Of a stretch of 26,628 nt of DNA, positions 9,899 through 18,973 are shown piece by piece. The stretch covers positions 1 to 26,628 of the forward strand of contig JBKPAK010000111.1 of assembly GCA_046726415.1 (NCBI GenBank), written 5' to 3'. Position 1 is the stretch's first letter. The number at the start of each line of letters is the position of its first letter. A program made the translations under genes and the position numbers. The notes under the pieces are model-generated. The model was not told the origin of the DNA, did no database searches, and saw nothing but the letters and a program-made list of their open reading frames with translations. This DNA comes from Candidatus Methylomirabilota bacterium (GTDB lineage: Bacteria > Methylomirabilota > Methylomirabilia > Rokubacteriales > CSP1-6).

Positions 9899-11578
9899 TC
9901 ACATTGTCTCCGGTGCACTCACTCCCAGCAGTTCGAGCCCGTTGGCGACGACCTGCCCCACGGCCGCGCACAGGGCGAAGCGCCCGAGGGTGAGCGCCCG
10001 GTCGGGCTGCAAAACTCGGTGGGCCTTGTAGTACGGGTGGAACAGCCCCGCCAGCTCCTGGAGCCAGTAGGCGACCCGATGCGGCTCCAGAACCCGTGCG
10101 GCGGCTTCGACCATGTCGCGGTACTGGAGGAGCCGCTTGATGATCTGCTGCTCCTCGGGAAGGCTGAGCACGGTCGTGTCGATCTCCTCCCACGGCGGAA
10201 TCATCAAGCCCTGCTCGGCGGCCTGGCGCGCGATGCTCCGGATGCGGGCGTGGGCGTACTGGACGTAGTACACGGGATTGTCGGCTGTCTGTCGCGCGGC
10301 GACCGCCAGATCGAAGTCGAGCGGGCTGTCGTGGCGGCGCGTGAGAAACGTGAACCGCGCGGCGTCGCGCCCGACCTCCTCGAGCAGCTCCTCCATCAAG
10401 ACGAACTCGCCCCGGCGCTTCGACATCCGGACGGGCTGGCCGTCGCGCATGAGCGTGACGAGCTGCATGATGAGGACCTCGAAGGCTTCGGGCGAGTGGC
10501 CGAGCGCCTGCATGGCGGCGCGGATGCGGCCCACGTAGCCGTGATGGTCGGCCCCAATGAGCGTGATGAGCCGATCAGCGGCGCCGAACTTCACGGCGTG
10601 GTGATAGGCGATGTCCACGGCGAAATACGTCAGCTCGCCATTTGAGCGCCGGAGCACGCGGTCCTTGTCATCGCCGAAGAGCGTCGAGCGAAACCACAGC
10701 GCGTCGTCCGCTTCGTAGGTCAGATCGCGTTTGGTCAGCTCCTCGATGGCTCGCTCGGGTAAGCCTGCGTCGCGCACATCTCGCTGCTCCGACGACCATA
10801 CGTCGAAGACCACGCCGTATTCCCGCAGCACGCGGCGCTGCTCGTCCACCAAGCGGTCGACGGCATAGCGGCCGAGCCGCGCGAGCTCGGCGTCCTCGGT
10901 CTCCCCCGGGATCTCGATGGGGCCGCCGCCGTCGAGGTAGCGCCGGGCGAGATCGACCAAGTACTCGCCGGGGTATCCGTTGTCGGGAAGGCGCGCGTCG
11001 AGCGCGGGCCGGCCGGGATGCCGCTCGCTGGCCACCTCGCGGATGCGAGCTCTGAGCGAACGCGCCAGCGCCTCGGCCTGAGTTCCCGCGTCGTTGATAT
11101 AGTACTCGGCGGTCACCGCGGCGCCCTGCTGGCGCAAAAGCCTGACGAGGGCATCGCCAACCGCCGCGGCCCGAGCGTTCACGATGACCAGCGGCCCGGT
11201 GGGATTCGCAGAGACGAACTCGACCCGGATTCGCTCCCCACGGCGCGACTGGCCGCGGCCGTAGGCCGCCCCCTGCTTGAGGATCTGAGGAACCTGGCGT
11301 GCACACCAGTCCGGAGACAGAAACACGTTCAGGAACCCCGGCCCGGCGATCTCGACTCGGTCCACCTCAGGTAGAGCGGGCAGATTCCGGACGATGACGT
11401 CCGCCACCCGCCGGGGCGGCTGCTTCGCCTCCCGGGCGAGGACCATGGCGACGTTGCTGGCGTAGTCCCCATGCTCGGCCAGTCGGGGCGGCTCCCAGGC
11501 ACACTCCCGAGGCTCGGGGAGCCCGGCAGCGGCAATGGCCGTCCTCACCGCCTGCGTCAACCGTTCAGTGATAGCCAT
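9899..11578 (-). CDS. argS: Arginine--tRNA ligase
   Basis: HGDYASN, AGPGFLN, EFVSANPTGPL, EYYINDAG, GADHHGY, RMSKR, NPVYYVQYAHAR and the C-terminal GVSAPETM. Confidence 0.97.
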   Translation of the reverse strand: MAITERLTQAVRTAIAAAGLPEPRECAWEPPRLAEHGDYASNVAMVLAREAKQPPRRVADVIVRNLPALPEVDRVEIAGPGFLNVFLSPDWCARQVPQILKQGAAYGRGQSRRGERIRVEFVSANPTGPLVIVNARAAAVGDALVRLLRQQGAAVTAEYYINDAGTQAEALARSLRARIREVASERHPGRPALDARLPDNGYPGEYLVDLARRYLDGGGPIEIPGETEDAELARLGRYAVDRLVDEQRRVLREYGVVFDVWSSEQRDVRDAGLPERAIEELTKRDLTYEADDALWFRSTLFGDDKDRVLRRSNGELTYFAVDIAYHHAVKFGAADRLITLIGADHHGYVGRIRAAMQALGHSPEAFEVLIMQLVTLMRDGQPVRMSKRRGEFVLMEELLEEVGRDAARFTFLTRRHDSPLDFDLAVAARQTADNPVYYVQYAHARIRSIARQAAEQGLMIPPWEEIDTTVLSLPEEQQIIKRLLQYRDMVEAAARVLEPHRVAYWLQELAGLFHPYYKAHRVLQPDRALTLGRFALCAAVGQVVANGLELLGVSAPETM

Positions 11579-11667
11579 TCGATTTTTCAGGATGAGGTGA
11601 TCACGCCTTCAAAGTGATTCTTGCATGATACCGAGCCGGTATCTCCCGACCGCAGGAAAAACGGCGC

Positions 11668-12609
11668 TCAGCGCAAGTAACTTCTGACGACCAGCAACCC
11701 AACCATCGTCGCCACCAGTCCCAGGGCGGCGACCAGGACCACCCGGGCGCTCCGGGCGATGTGACCGGAATCCGGAAGGGGGCCGCGCCCGAGGCGGTAG
11801 GCGCCGGGCTTCTCCAGGGTGACTCCGAGGGCGCCGGCCATGGCAGCCATGGTCCACCCGGCGTTTGGGCTTGCCGTCCTGCCGCGATCGCGACCCATGG
11901 CCTGCCAAGCACCTCGCGGGTCTTCGCCCGCCAGGGCGGCCGCGGCCACGATGGCGACACCCGCGATCCGAGCGGGGATCACGTTGAGGAGATCGTCGAG
12001 TCGAGCCGCGGCTTTCCCAAAGTACTCGAGCATGCCATCGCGGTAGCCAACCATCGCGTCTGCGGTGTTGACGGCTCGATAGACGAAGGCACCCACGAGA
12101 CCCAAGGCGAGATAGCAGACCAGGGGCGCAACGAAGGCATCCGTCAAGTTCTCAGCTGCCGACTCCACGGTGGCCGACGCCACCTGCCCCTCGTCGAGGT
12201 TCGCCGTGGGGCGACTGACGAGGTGGTAGCCGACGAGGCGTCGGGCTTCGGCGATACTGCTCCGCTGGAGCGCATCCGCGACCAGGTAACAACGCGACCT
12301 GAGATTTCGCAGCGAAATCGCCATTTTTAATCCGAGAGCCTCTAGCATTGCTCCAGGCCATCCCAGCTCCTGGGCAAGGATGGAAAGGCTCCAGCCTCCC
12401 AGCCCGACAAGAGCACATGTGACGAGAATGAGAGCGGCCCCGCGCACAAGCAGGCCTCGCGAGGATCCATGCTCCAGGTGCTTTCGACCCCAGGCCAGGA
12501 GGCTGCCCAACCAGGCCACGGGGTGCCATGAGCTCGGGGGCTCGCCAAACAGGAAATCCAGGGCAACAGCGAGAGTGATCACCGCGGCTGTCCACAGGGG
12601 ATCGATCAC
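11668..12609 (-). CDS. cbiB: Adenosylcobinamide-phosphate synthase CbiB/CobD
   Basis: D..GEP..HPV, ESAAENLTD, YRAVNTADAMVGY, ARLDD..N.IPAR and SPNAGW; multi-pass membrane protein. Confidence 0.93.
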   Translation of the reverse strand: MIDPLWTAAVITLAVALDFLFGEPPSSWHPVAWLGSLLAWGRKHLEHGSSRGLLVRGAALILVTCALVGLGGWSLSILAQELGWPGAMLEALGLKMAISLRNLRSRCYLVADALQRSSIAEARRLVGYHLVSRPTANLDEGQVASATVESAAENLTDAFVAPLVCYLALGLVGAFVYRAVNTADAMVGYRDGMLEYFGKAAARLDDLLNVIPARIAGVAIVAAAALAGEDPRGAWQAMGRDRGRTASPNAGWTMAAMAGALGVTLEKPGAYRLGRGPLPDSGHIARSARVVLVAALGLVATMVGLLVVRSYLR

Positions 12610-12613
12610 GGCG

Positions 12614-14167
12614 CTAGACTGTGCGGTGGGAGTACGACAGGCCGACGAGTTTGGCGACGGCCGTCATGTCCAGAGCGTCACTCACGATATCCGCGAGGCG
12701 GTCGTAGCGGTCGGTCCCTCCGTCAGCGCCCCAGCCCGGATCCGGAAGCATGCCCTTGCGCCGGGCAAGCCAGGCGAGGAGGCTTCGGCGCACCTCGCCG
12801 CTCGCGAACATCCCGTGCAGGTAGGTGCCTTCCACGTTGCGACCCACGCCGACTGTGCCATCCACGGCCTCGACGGCCTGACCCTCGCGCATGACGATCC
12901 GGAACGCGGGCCGGCCGCCGCGTCCCCGCCGCAGCGGCGTTGCCGGCTCGGTATGGCCGCTATGGATCTCGTACGCCCGAAACGTGCGGTTCACCCCGGC
13001 GAAAAAGCGCGAGGTCGCAGCGCCTGTGGCCGTGATCCGGATCAGGGTCTTACCGCGCGCGAAGGTCGTCGCCACCGGAAGGAGTCCCAACCCCGACTCC
13101 TCAGCAATGGACGACTCGACGTGATCGGGATCGCGCAACGTCTCACCCAACATCTGGTAACCGCCGCAAATGCCGAGGATTGGGCGTCCCCTCGCGGCGG
13201 CGACCACGATGGCCTCGGCCAGTCCCCGCTCTCGCAGCCACGCGAGGTCTGCCATCGTGCTCTTGCTGCCGGGTAGGATGACGAGGTCGGCCTCGTCCAC
13301 GTCGGTGGGCCGGCGAGCGAGCCGCACACGTACGCCGGGCTCCGCCGTCAGCGGCTCGAAGTCGTCGAAGTTGGCGATCCGAGGCAGACGCACGATCGCC
13401 AGGTCGAGACGGCTCATCGCGGAGCCGGAGCTCAGATGTTCCAGATCGAGGGAATCCTCAGCCGGCACCAAGCGTTCGCCAAAATGCGGGATCACGCCGA
13501 GTACGGGCAGCCCGGTGCGCGCCTCCAGCGCGGTGAGCCCTGCAGTGAGGAGGGAGACGTCGCCGCGGAACTTGTTGACGACGAAGCCAGCGATGCAGCG
13601 CCGATCCTCGGCGCCCAGGAGTTCGAGCGTGCCCACGAGGGCGGCGAACATCCCGCCTCGGTCGATGTCACTGACGAGCAGGACCGGCGCGTCGGCCAGG
13701 TGAGCGATCGGCATGTTGGCGATGTCGTGTTCGCGGAGATTGATCTCCGCCGGACTGCCCGCGCCTTCGATGAGGACGAGGTCGTGACGACACCGGAGCC
13801 GCTCGAGGCTCTCACTCACCATGGGCAGCAACGCGTCGCGCATCCCGGCATACTCGCGAAAGCTCAGGCGGCCCCGCACAACGCCCCGGACGATGACCTG
13901 TGCATCGCCGTCACTCTCCGGCTTGAGGAGTACGGGGTTCATGTCCACGCTCGGCTCGACCCCTGCGGCCTCTGCTTGTGCAGCCTGGGCGCGCCCGATC
14001 TCGCCACCATCGGTGACGAACGCGTTCAGCGCCATGTTTTGTGCTTTGAACGGCGCCACGCGATAGCCGGCGCGCGAGAAGAGCCGGCACAGCGCAGTGG
14101 TCAGCACGCTCTTCCCCACACCCGATCCGGTGCCCTGGATCATCAGGCACGGCGCGCGGGGCGTCAT
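12614..14167 (-). CDS. cobQ: Cobyric acid synthase CobQ/CbiP
   Basis: MIQGTGSGVGKS, PFKAQNMA, EGAGSPAEINL, DIDRGG and the GATase motifs GICGGYQ and GTYLHG. Start taken at ATG 14167. Confidence 0.95.
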   Translation of the reverse strand: MTPRAPCLMIQGTGSGVGKSVLTTALCRLFSRAGYRVAPFKAQNMALNAFVTDGGEIGRAQAAQAEAAGVEPSVDMNPVLLKPESDGDAQVIVRGVVRGRLSFREYAGMRDALLPMVSESLERLRCRHDLVLIEGAGSPAEINLREHDIANMPIAHLADAPVLLVSDIDRGGMFAALVGTLELLGAEDRRCIAGFVVNKFRGDVSLLTAGLTALEARTGLPVLGVIPHFGERLVPAEDSLDLEHLSSGSAMSRLDLAIVRLPRIANFDDFEPLTAEPGVRVRLARRPTDVDEADLVILPGSKSTMADLAWLRERGLAEAIVVAAARGRPILGICGGYQMLGETLRDPDHVESSIAEESGLGLLPVATTFARGKTLIRITATGAATSRFFAGVNRTFRAYEIHSGHTEPATPLRRGRGGRPAFRIVMREGQAVEAVDGTVGVGRNVEGTYLHGMFASGEVRRSLLAWLARRKGMLPDPGWGADGGTDRYDRLADIVSDALDMTAVAKLVGLSYSHRTV

Positions 14168-14228
14168 GGTATCGAGCGGCGCGAGGCCGGCTTGGGCCCT
14201 GGGTGGCCTGTTCGCGGCGCGTGCGCCG

Positions 14229-15230
14229 TCATTGCAGATCGAAGACGACGGGAAGGCGGGCGCGCAGTGAGCGCGGGGTGAGATCTGAAGGGAATGGGAG
14301 CGGTGGGAGTGCTCGCACGGCTTCCATGGCCGCCTCGTCGAGAACGCCGTGCGAGGACGACTCGGCGACGCGCACGCTGGCGACGGCGCCGCTGGGCTGG
14401 ATGACGATGTCAAGCTGGACCGTGCCAGTGAGACCACGGCGTCGGGCAGCCAGCGGATAGCGAACGTTCTCATGTATGCGCCGGCGCCACTGCGAGAGGT
14501 ACCGCCCATACTCCGAGCCGCCCTCCGCAGGGCCCTCCCCTCGCATCGCGAGCGCCGCTCCTCCTTCACCGCGACCGGAGCGTCCGCCTCCCGATCCCGC
14601 ACCGGCTCCCGATCCGGCCGCGGAAGCCGCACCGCTTCCGAGCGAACCGCGCCCCGCCGCTTCTTTCGTCCCGGCTTCGTGGCCGGTTGCCGAGGATGGG
14701 GCAGCGCTCGGCAAGGCGCCAGGCTCCTGCGCTGGCGCGGTCGTGCGAAGATTCGAGTCACCGGAGGCCTCCACGCCTTCGGGCTGTTCTGGAATGCGCG
14801 ACGGGCTAGTCTGAGCGCTGGGCTCCGACACGTCCCGGCGCTCCTCCCTCGTGATCACGGGCACGGCCGTCGGGGCCGGATCGACCTTCGCCGGTGCCAT
14901 GGGCCGGGTCACTGGATCCGCGGCGCCGGACTGGACCGACGGCCGGGCTGGCGCCGGCGCAGTATGCGTCGTTGGCGCGGCGTTGCCCGCACGACTGTCG
15001 GATCCCGTTCGAGAGGCGGCAACCCTCCCTCCCGGTCGGCGTGACTCTGGTGGCTGATCGTCGCCCCTATGGAGGGACGAGATCGCCCCTCCGAGGTCGA
15101 GCGTGGCCAGGTCGACGAAGAGAAGCGGCAGTTCTGCCGCCCGTGAGATCGCCCATGCCAACCCGAGCACGGCCAGGATGTGGAGGGCCACCGAGAGCGG
15201 CACGGAGACGATCCACTGCCGCCGCTTCAC
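14229..15230 (-). CDS. tonB: TonB family energy transducer
   Basis: N-terminal anchor SVALH, long Pro/Ala/Gly/Ser linker and a C-terminal domain YPLAARRRGLTG...SSSHGVLDEAA..PVVF. GTGA overlap with cbiZ. Confidence 0.88.
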   Translation of the reverse strand: MKRRQWIVSVPLSVALHILAVLGLAWAISRAAELPLLFVDLATLDLGGAISSLHRGDDQPPESRRPGGRVAASRTGSDSRAGNAAPTTHTAPAPARPSVQSGAADPVTRPMAPAKVDPAPTAVPVITREERRDVSEPSAQTSPSRIPEQPEGVEASGDSNLRTTAPAQEPGALPSAAPSSATGHEAGTKEAAGRGSLGSGAASAAGSGAGAGSGGGRSGRGEGGAALAMRGEGPAEGGSEYGRYLSQWRRRIHENVRYPLAARRRGLTGTVQLDIVIQPSGAVASVRVAESSSHGVLDEAAMEAVRALPPLPFPSDLTPRSLRARLPVVFDLQ

Positions 15231-15949
15231 CGGTGCCTCTCCAGCCAGGCCCGCACGCCGCGCTTGAGACACCGGTGGGCGGCGCGGGCAACCAGCGCGC
15301 CGACCTCGCTGATGGGCCCTCCGAATTCTGCGGGATGGCCCCGGCCCGTGCAGGCCACCACGACGGCATCGGTCGACGTTCCGGTCGCCAACTGTCCCTC
15401 GGAGCAATGGACCTCGGCTTCGCGCAACACCGCCGTCTTGACCTCGGTCGCGGTGATCACGAGGTTCACCAGGACCGCAGGAAGTGCGAGAGCATCGACC
15501 ACGACGATGGTGTTGATCGTGGAAGGCGGGGCGACAGGGGCAGGGCGGCTCACTCCCGCGGCGATGGGGTTGCCGAGCCCGACGCTCACCAGAGCCAGCA
15601 CCCTCAGGCCCCCGTCTTCCTCGCGGGCCACCTCAGCGTGCTCCGTGAGGGCCGAGGTACAGAGCCCGACGTACGGCGACGGCAGGGCCCGGCGCCGTAC
15701 GAAGTCGTGGAGGGCGGCGTTCCATCCCGAGGTCGCCCCTCGAGGAACCGGCTGCCAGTTCTTCGGCACGTGCAGATTCACGATCGTCCGAGCGGTGGAC
15801 AGCCCTCCGCCCGCGACGGCCGACGACAGCACGGCCAGCGGCTCGCGGGATCGCACCACGACCGCCTCCGCGCTGATCTCGTACGCGAGACCCCTCGCCG
15901 CGGCCCGCCACCCCTTTTTGATGGTCTCGCGGCGATCGTTGCTCCTCAC
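15227..15949 (-). CDS. cbiZ: Adenosylcobinamide amidohydrolase CbiZ
   Basis: LSSAVAGGG, VGLCTSA, GLGN, TINTIV, ATEVKT and ATGTSTDAVVV; cobalamin gene context. Confidence 0.88.
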   Translation of the reverse strand: MRSNDRRETIKKGWRAAARGLAYEISAEAVVVRSREPLAVLSSAVAGGGLSTARTIVNLHVPKNWQPVPRGATSGWNAALHDFVRRRALPSPYVGLCTSALTEHAEVAREEDGGLRVLALVSVGLGNPIAAGVSRPAPVAPPSTINTIVVVDALALPAVLVNLVITATEVKTAVLREAEVHCSEGQLATGTSTDAVVVACTGRGHPAEFGGPISEVGALVARAAHRCLKRGVRAWLERHR

Positions 15950-17868
15950 TTCAGATAGGCTCGCAGTCCGACGAGGGCGTTGATTCCCAGGGCCGGGAAG
16001 CCGAGCACCTCATCGTAGCTCTGGTTGGTGAGGTTCTGGATCCGGGCGGTCAGCTCCAGCCGATTCAGCCGGCCGTACTGGCCCAGCACGACGAACGTCC
16101 CGCCAGTGTCGATGCGATAGTAGCCGGGATTGCGGCCGGCAAAGTCGGACTCGAGCTGGCTCGACACCACGTTGGCCTGCACGAACAGCGTGAGGCGACT
16201 GAACGGCGTCACCGTCACCCCGGTGTTCACCGAGTTGCGCGGCACCCGGCGCAGCTCCTGATTCGTGTCGAGATCCTTGGCGTCGAGGTACGTGTAGTTG
16301 ACGTAGAAGCCGATCCAGTCGAAGGGGTCGAACGACGCATAGGCCTCGACGCCCCTGATCCGTGCCCGGCCGACGTTCTCGGGCAGGAAGAAGCCCGTGG
16401 TGGGATCGAACACGAACTGGATGAGATTGCTGAAGTCTTGGTTGAAATATGTGGCTCCGAAGCGGATGCGGTCCTGCCACAGCCGCTGGTCGGCGCCGAT
16501 CTCCCAGCTCGTGCTCTGTTCCGGCTTGAGATCGGGGTTGGCGAAGCCCGGGAAGAACAGATCGTTGATGGTCGGCGCCCGGAACCCCTGCCCCCAGGCG
16601 AAGCGCAGCTTGCTCCCCGTCTCCTTGATGACGAGGGCGGCGGAGGCGCGCCCCGTAAGCGACGTTCCGAACTGGTTATTGTCCTCCCACCGGAGGCCGC
16701 CGCCGAGAAAGAGGCGGTCGAAGAGGGAGATCTCGTCCTGACCGAAGAAGGCCAGCGTGTTCAGCGTCGCGGAGAAGTCAGTCGGGAAAGTCCCCTCGGT
16801 GACATTCGTCCCGGACTCGTTCCGGTACTCCCAGCCGAGGGTCAGCGTGTTCCACCTGGGAAGCGTGAACGTGCTGAGCACGTCGCCCTGTATGCGCGAG
16901 GTGTCGATCTGGGAGATCGTCGTGTCGGTCCCTGGGGGCGGCGTGTTGCGGAAGTGCGAGTTGTTGAACCACTGCCCCAGGCTTGCCATGACGTTCCACC
17001 AGTCGAGGATCTTCTGCTTGTACTCGAGCTTGTAGAGGCCCGTCTCGAGCTGGTTGGTGGCGTTTGAATCGAAGACCGTCGGCGAGGTCGAGAAGACGGG
17101 CAGCTCCAGATCGAGATTGGAGTAGCGCCCGATAAGCGACAGCTCGCCGCGCCAGGGAAAGTCGTAGCCAATGCGCCCCGAGACGGCAGTTTGGCCGCTA
17201 TCGTCGTGCGGGAGGTTGCCCCCGGTGTTGAACTGGCTCCCCGTGAGATTGAAGTTGAAGCCGCCGAATGCGCCCTGGACGTTGAGCTGTTCGCGGAAGG
17301 TCCTGTAGTTGCCGCCCTCCACCCACACGCTGGCGCTGGGCGGTCCCTGCCCCTTTTTGGTGATGATGTTGACCACGCCGGTAATCGCATCGGCGCCGTA
17401 GAGCGTCGACTGCGGTCCGCGGACGATCTCGATCCGCTCGATGGCGTCGACGGTGATCTCCGCGATGTCGGTCGAGCCCAAGGTGGGACTAGCCGTCCGC
17501 AGCCCGTCGATCAGCACCAGCGACCGCTGCGAGCCGCCGCCGCGGATGCTGAGGCTGGTGGCCTTCCCGGGCGAGCCCGTCGACTGGACCTGGACGCCCG
17601 GCACCTGGCGGAATACGTCCTCGATCCGATCGTAGTTGTACTGAGTGATCTCGTCGCCGGTGACCACCGTGACCGTGGCGCCGAGCTTCTCCAGGGGTGT
17701 GGCCACCATGGTCGCCGTCACTACGACCGGATCCAGTCGGCGCGCCTCTTCCTTCCCCGGCACGTTGGCGATGTCGGGCGTTCCCTCCTGCTGGAGCGTC
17801 ACGTCCTGCGCTCGGCTCAGGGCCGGCCACGCTAGCCCGAGCAGGATCACTGCGAACAATAGCCGCAT
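15946..17868 (-). CDS. btuB: TonB-dependent cobalamin receptor
   Basis: Signal peptide, TonB box DPVVVTAT, plug motif IERIEIVRGPQSTLYGADAITGVVNIITK, barrel motifs GFRAPT and NPDLKPE, RBS AAGGAGGAG, and an upstream B12 riboswitch. Confidence 0.9.
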   Translation of the reverse strand: MRLLFAVILLGLAWPALSRAQDVTLQQEGTPDIANVPGKEEARRLDPVVVTATMVATPLEKLGATVTVVTGDEITQYNYDRIEDVFRQVPGVQVQSTGSPGKATSLSIRGGGSQRSLVLIDGLRTASPTLGSTDIAEITVDAIERIEIVRGPQSTLYGADAITGVVNIITKKGQGPPSASVWVEGGNYRTFREQLNVQGAFGGFNFNLTGSQFNTGGNLPHDDSGQTAVSGRIGYDFPWRGELSLIGRYSNLDLELPVFSTSPTVFDSNATNQLETGLYKLEYKQKILDWWNVMASLGQWFNNSHFRNTPPPGTDTTISQIDTSRIQGDVLSTFTLPRWNTLTLGWEYRNESGTNVTEGTFPTDFSATLNTLAFFGQDEISLFDRLFLGGGLRWEDNNQFGTSLTGRASAALVIKETGSKLRFAWGQGFRAPTINDLFFPGFANPDLKPEQSTSWEIGADQRLWQDRIRFGATYFNQDFSNLIQFVFDPTTGFFLPENVGRARIRGVEAYASFDPFDWIGFYVNYTYLDAKDLDTNQELRRVPRNSVNTGVTVTPFSRLTLFVQANVVSSQLESDFAGRNPGYYRIDTGGTFVVLGQYGRLNRLELTARIQNLTNQSYDEVLGFPALGINALVGLRAYLK

Positions 17869-17874
17869 GCTTCG

Positions 17875-18095
17875 CTCCTCCTTGCGCGAAAGGGTTGGAA
17901 GCAGTGGCCTCCGAGCAGGTCTCCTGACTCGTGGATCGCTGCGAGCGTCCGGCCTTCCCATCCGCGTCGCGGACAGTGGCTCCATAAGACGGAACTGGAC
18001 GTCGCTCCCCACACACAGTGGCGCGACCGTGCCGGCTTGGGCTCGTAGAGCCGCACCGGCTTCCCTTGGCTCGGGGCCTTACCTCACCGAGAGAG
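17875..18095 (-). ncRNA. Cobalamin riboswitch (internal, upstream of btuB) including expression platform
   Basis: Minus strand reads AGGT-hairpin-AAGGGAA-GCCGGTG..GCCGGC-ACGGTCGCGCCACTGT...GCCACTG..GGGAAGG...GAGTCAGGAGACCTGC (B12 box), followed by a stem-loop overlapping the SD. Confidence 0.93.
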
Positions 18096-18109
18096 CGACC
18101 ACCTCCTTC

Positions 18110-18973
18110 CTAGGCTCGCCTCGGACGGCGGGGCCCCAGCCCCGCGACGCCCTGCGGCTCGCCCGACCGTTCCGGCCAAATCACCTGCACGCGTCGCCGA
18201 CCGGATGCGCTCGCCTCCACCACCACGTCGCAGCCGTACACCGTCCGGAGCAGGTCCTCGTCGAGCACCTCGACGGGCGAACCGAGCCGGACGATGCTCC
18301 CTCCCGCCAGGAGCAGTAGGCGGTCGCAGAGCTGGGCGGCGAGATTGAGATCGTGGGAGACGAGCAGGATGCTGGTGCCTCGCTGGCGATTGAGGCGTTC
18401 CAGGAGCGCCGCACACTCTACTTGATGGCGCAGATCGAGGTGCGCCGTGGGCTCGTCGAGCACCAGGAGGTCCGGCTCCTGAGCCAGAGCGCGCGCGAGC
18501 ATGGCGCGCTGGCGCTCCCCGCCGCTCAGAATCTCTACAGGCAGCGCGGCCAGCTCCAGCACCCCCGTGGCCAGCATGGCCGCCCTCGCGATCGCCCGAT
18601 CCTCACCGCTCTCGAAGAAGCGCGCCGGTCCGTGGGGATAACGCCCCATGAGGGCGAGTTGCTCGACGGTGAAGCGAAGAGCCGGCGGCGCCTCCTGCGG
18701 CACGACGGCGACCTTTCGCGCCAGTTCCCACGGACTCGCCCCGGCCAAAGGCTGTCCGTGCAGGAGGATCTGCCCGGCCAGCGGGGCCAACACGCGGGTC
18801 ACCAGGCGGATGAGGGTCGTCTTGCCCGCGCTGTTGGGTCCGATCACGCCTAGGATTTCTCCTGGCTCCACGCACAGGGAGAGACTCGCCATGGCAAAGG
18901 GACGCGCCGTCCGTACGCCCGTGTTGGTGTAGGTGAACGCCACCTCTCGCAGCTCCAGGGCAGGCGGGCTCAC
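18110..18973 (-). CDS. btuD: Cobalamin/iron-siderophore ABC transporter ATPase (BtuD-like)
   Basis: GPNSAGKT, LSGGERQR, LDEPTAHLD and SHDLN. GTGA overlap with the permease. Confidence 0.9.
   Translation of the reverse strand: MSPPALELREVAFTYTNTGVRTARPFAMASLSLCVEPGEILGVIGPNSAGKTTLIRLVTRVLAPLAGQILLHGQPLAGASPWELARKVAVVPQEAPPALRFTVEQLALMGRYPHGPARFFESGEDRAIARAAMLATGVLELAALPVEILSGGERQRAMLARALAQEPDLLVLDEPTAHLDLRHQVECAALLERLNRQRGTSILLVSHDLNLAAQLCDRLLLLAGGSIVRLGSPVEVLDEDLLRTVYGCDVVVEASASGRRRVQVIWPERSGEPQGVAGLGPRRPRRA
18113..18163. repeat. Short REP-like element: hairpin flanked by 8-nt direct repeats inside the btuD 3' end
   Basis: GGCTCGCC at 18113-18120 and 18156-18163, with internal hairpin GCGGGGC-ccca-GCCCCGC (18128-18145). 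Confidence 0.4.

Noticed and set aside
11625..11655. argS promoter (TATCAT on the minus strand)
   Set aside because: Plausible -10 but no convincing -35 at proper spacing; too weak to list.
14168..14761. Apparent N-terminal extension making cobQ 715 aa (similar extensions on tsaE, folP, hpt, btuB, btuC, btuD, btuF)
   Set aside because: The extensions overlap upstream genes or riboswitches and are low-complexity. Internal starts with stop/start coupling or RBS fit better, so these are not fusions.
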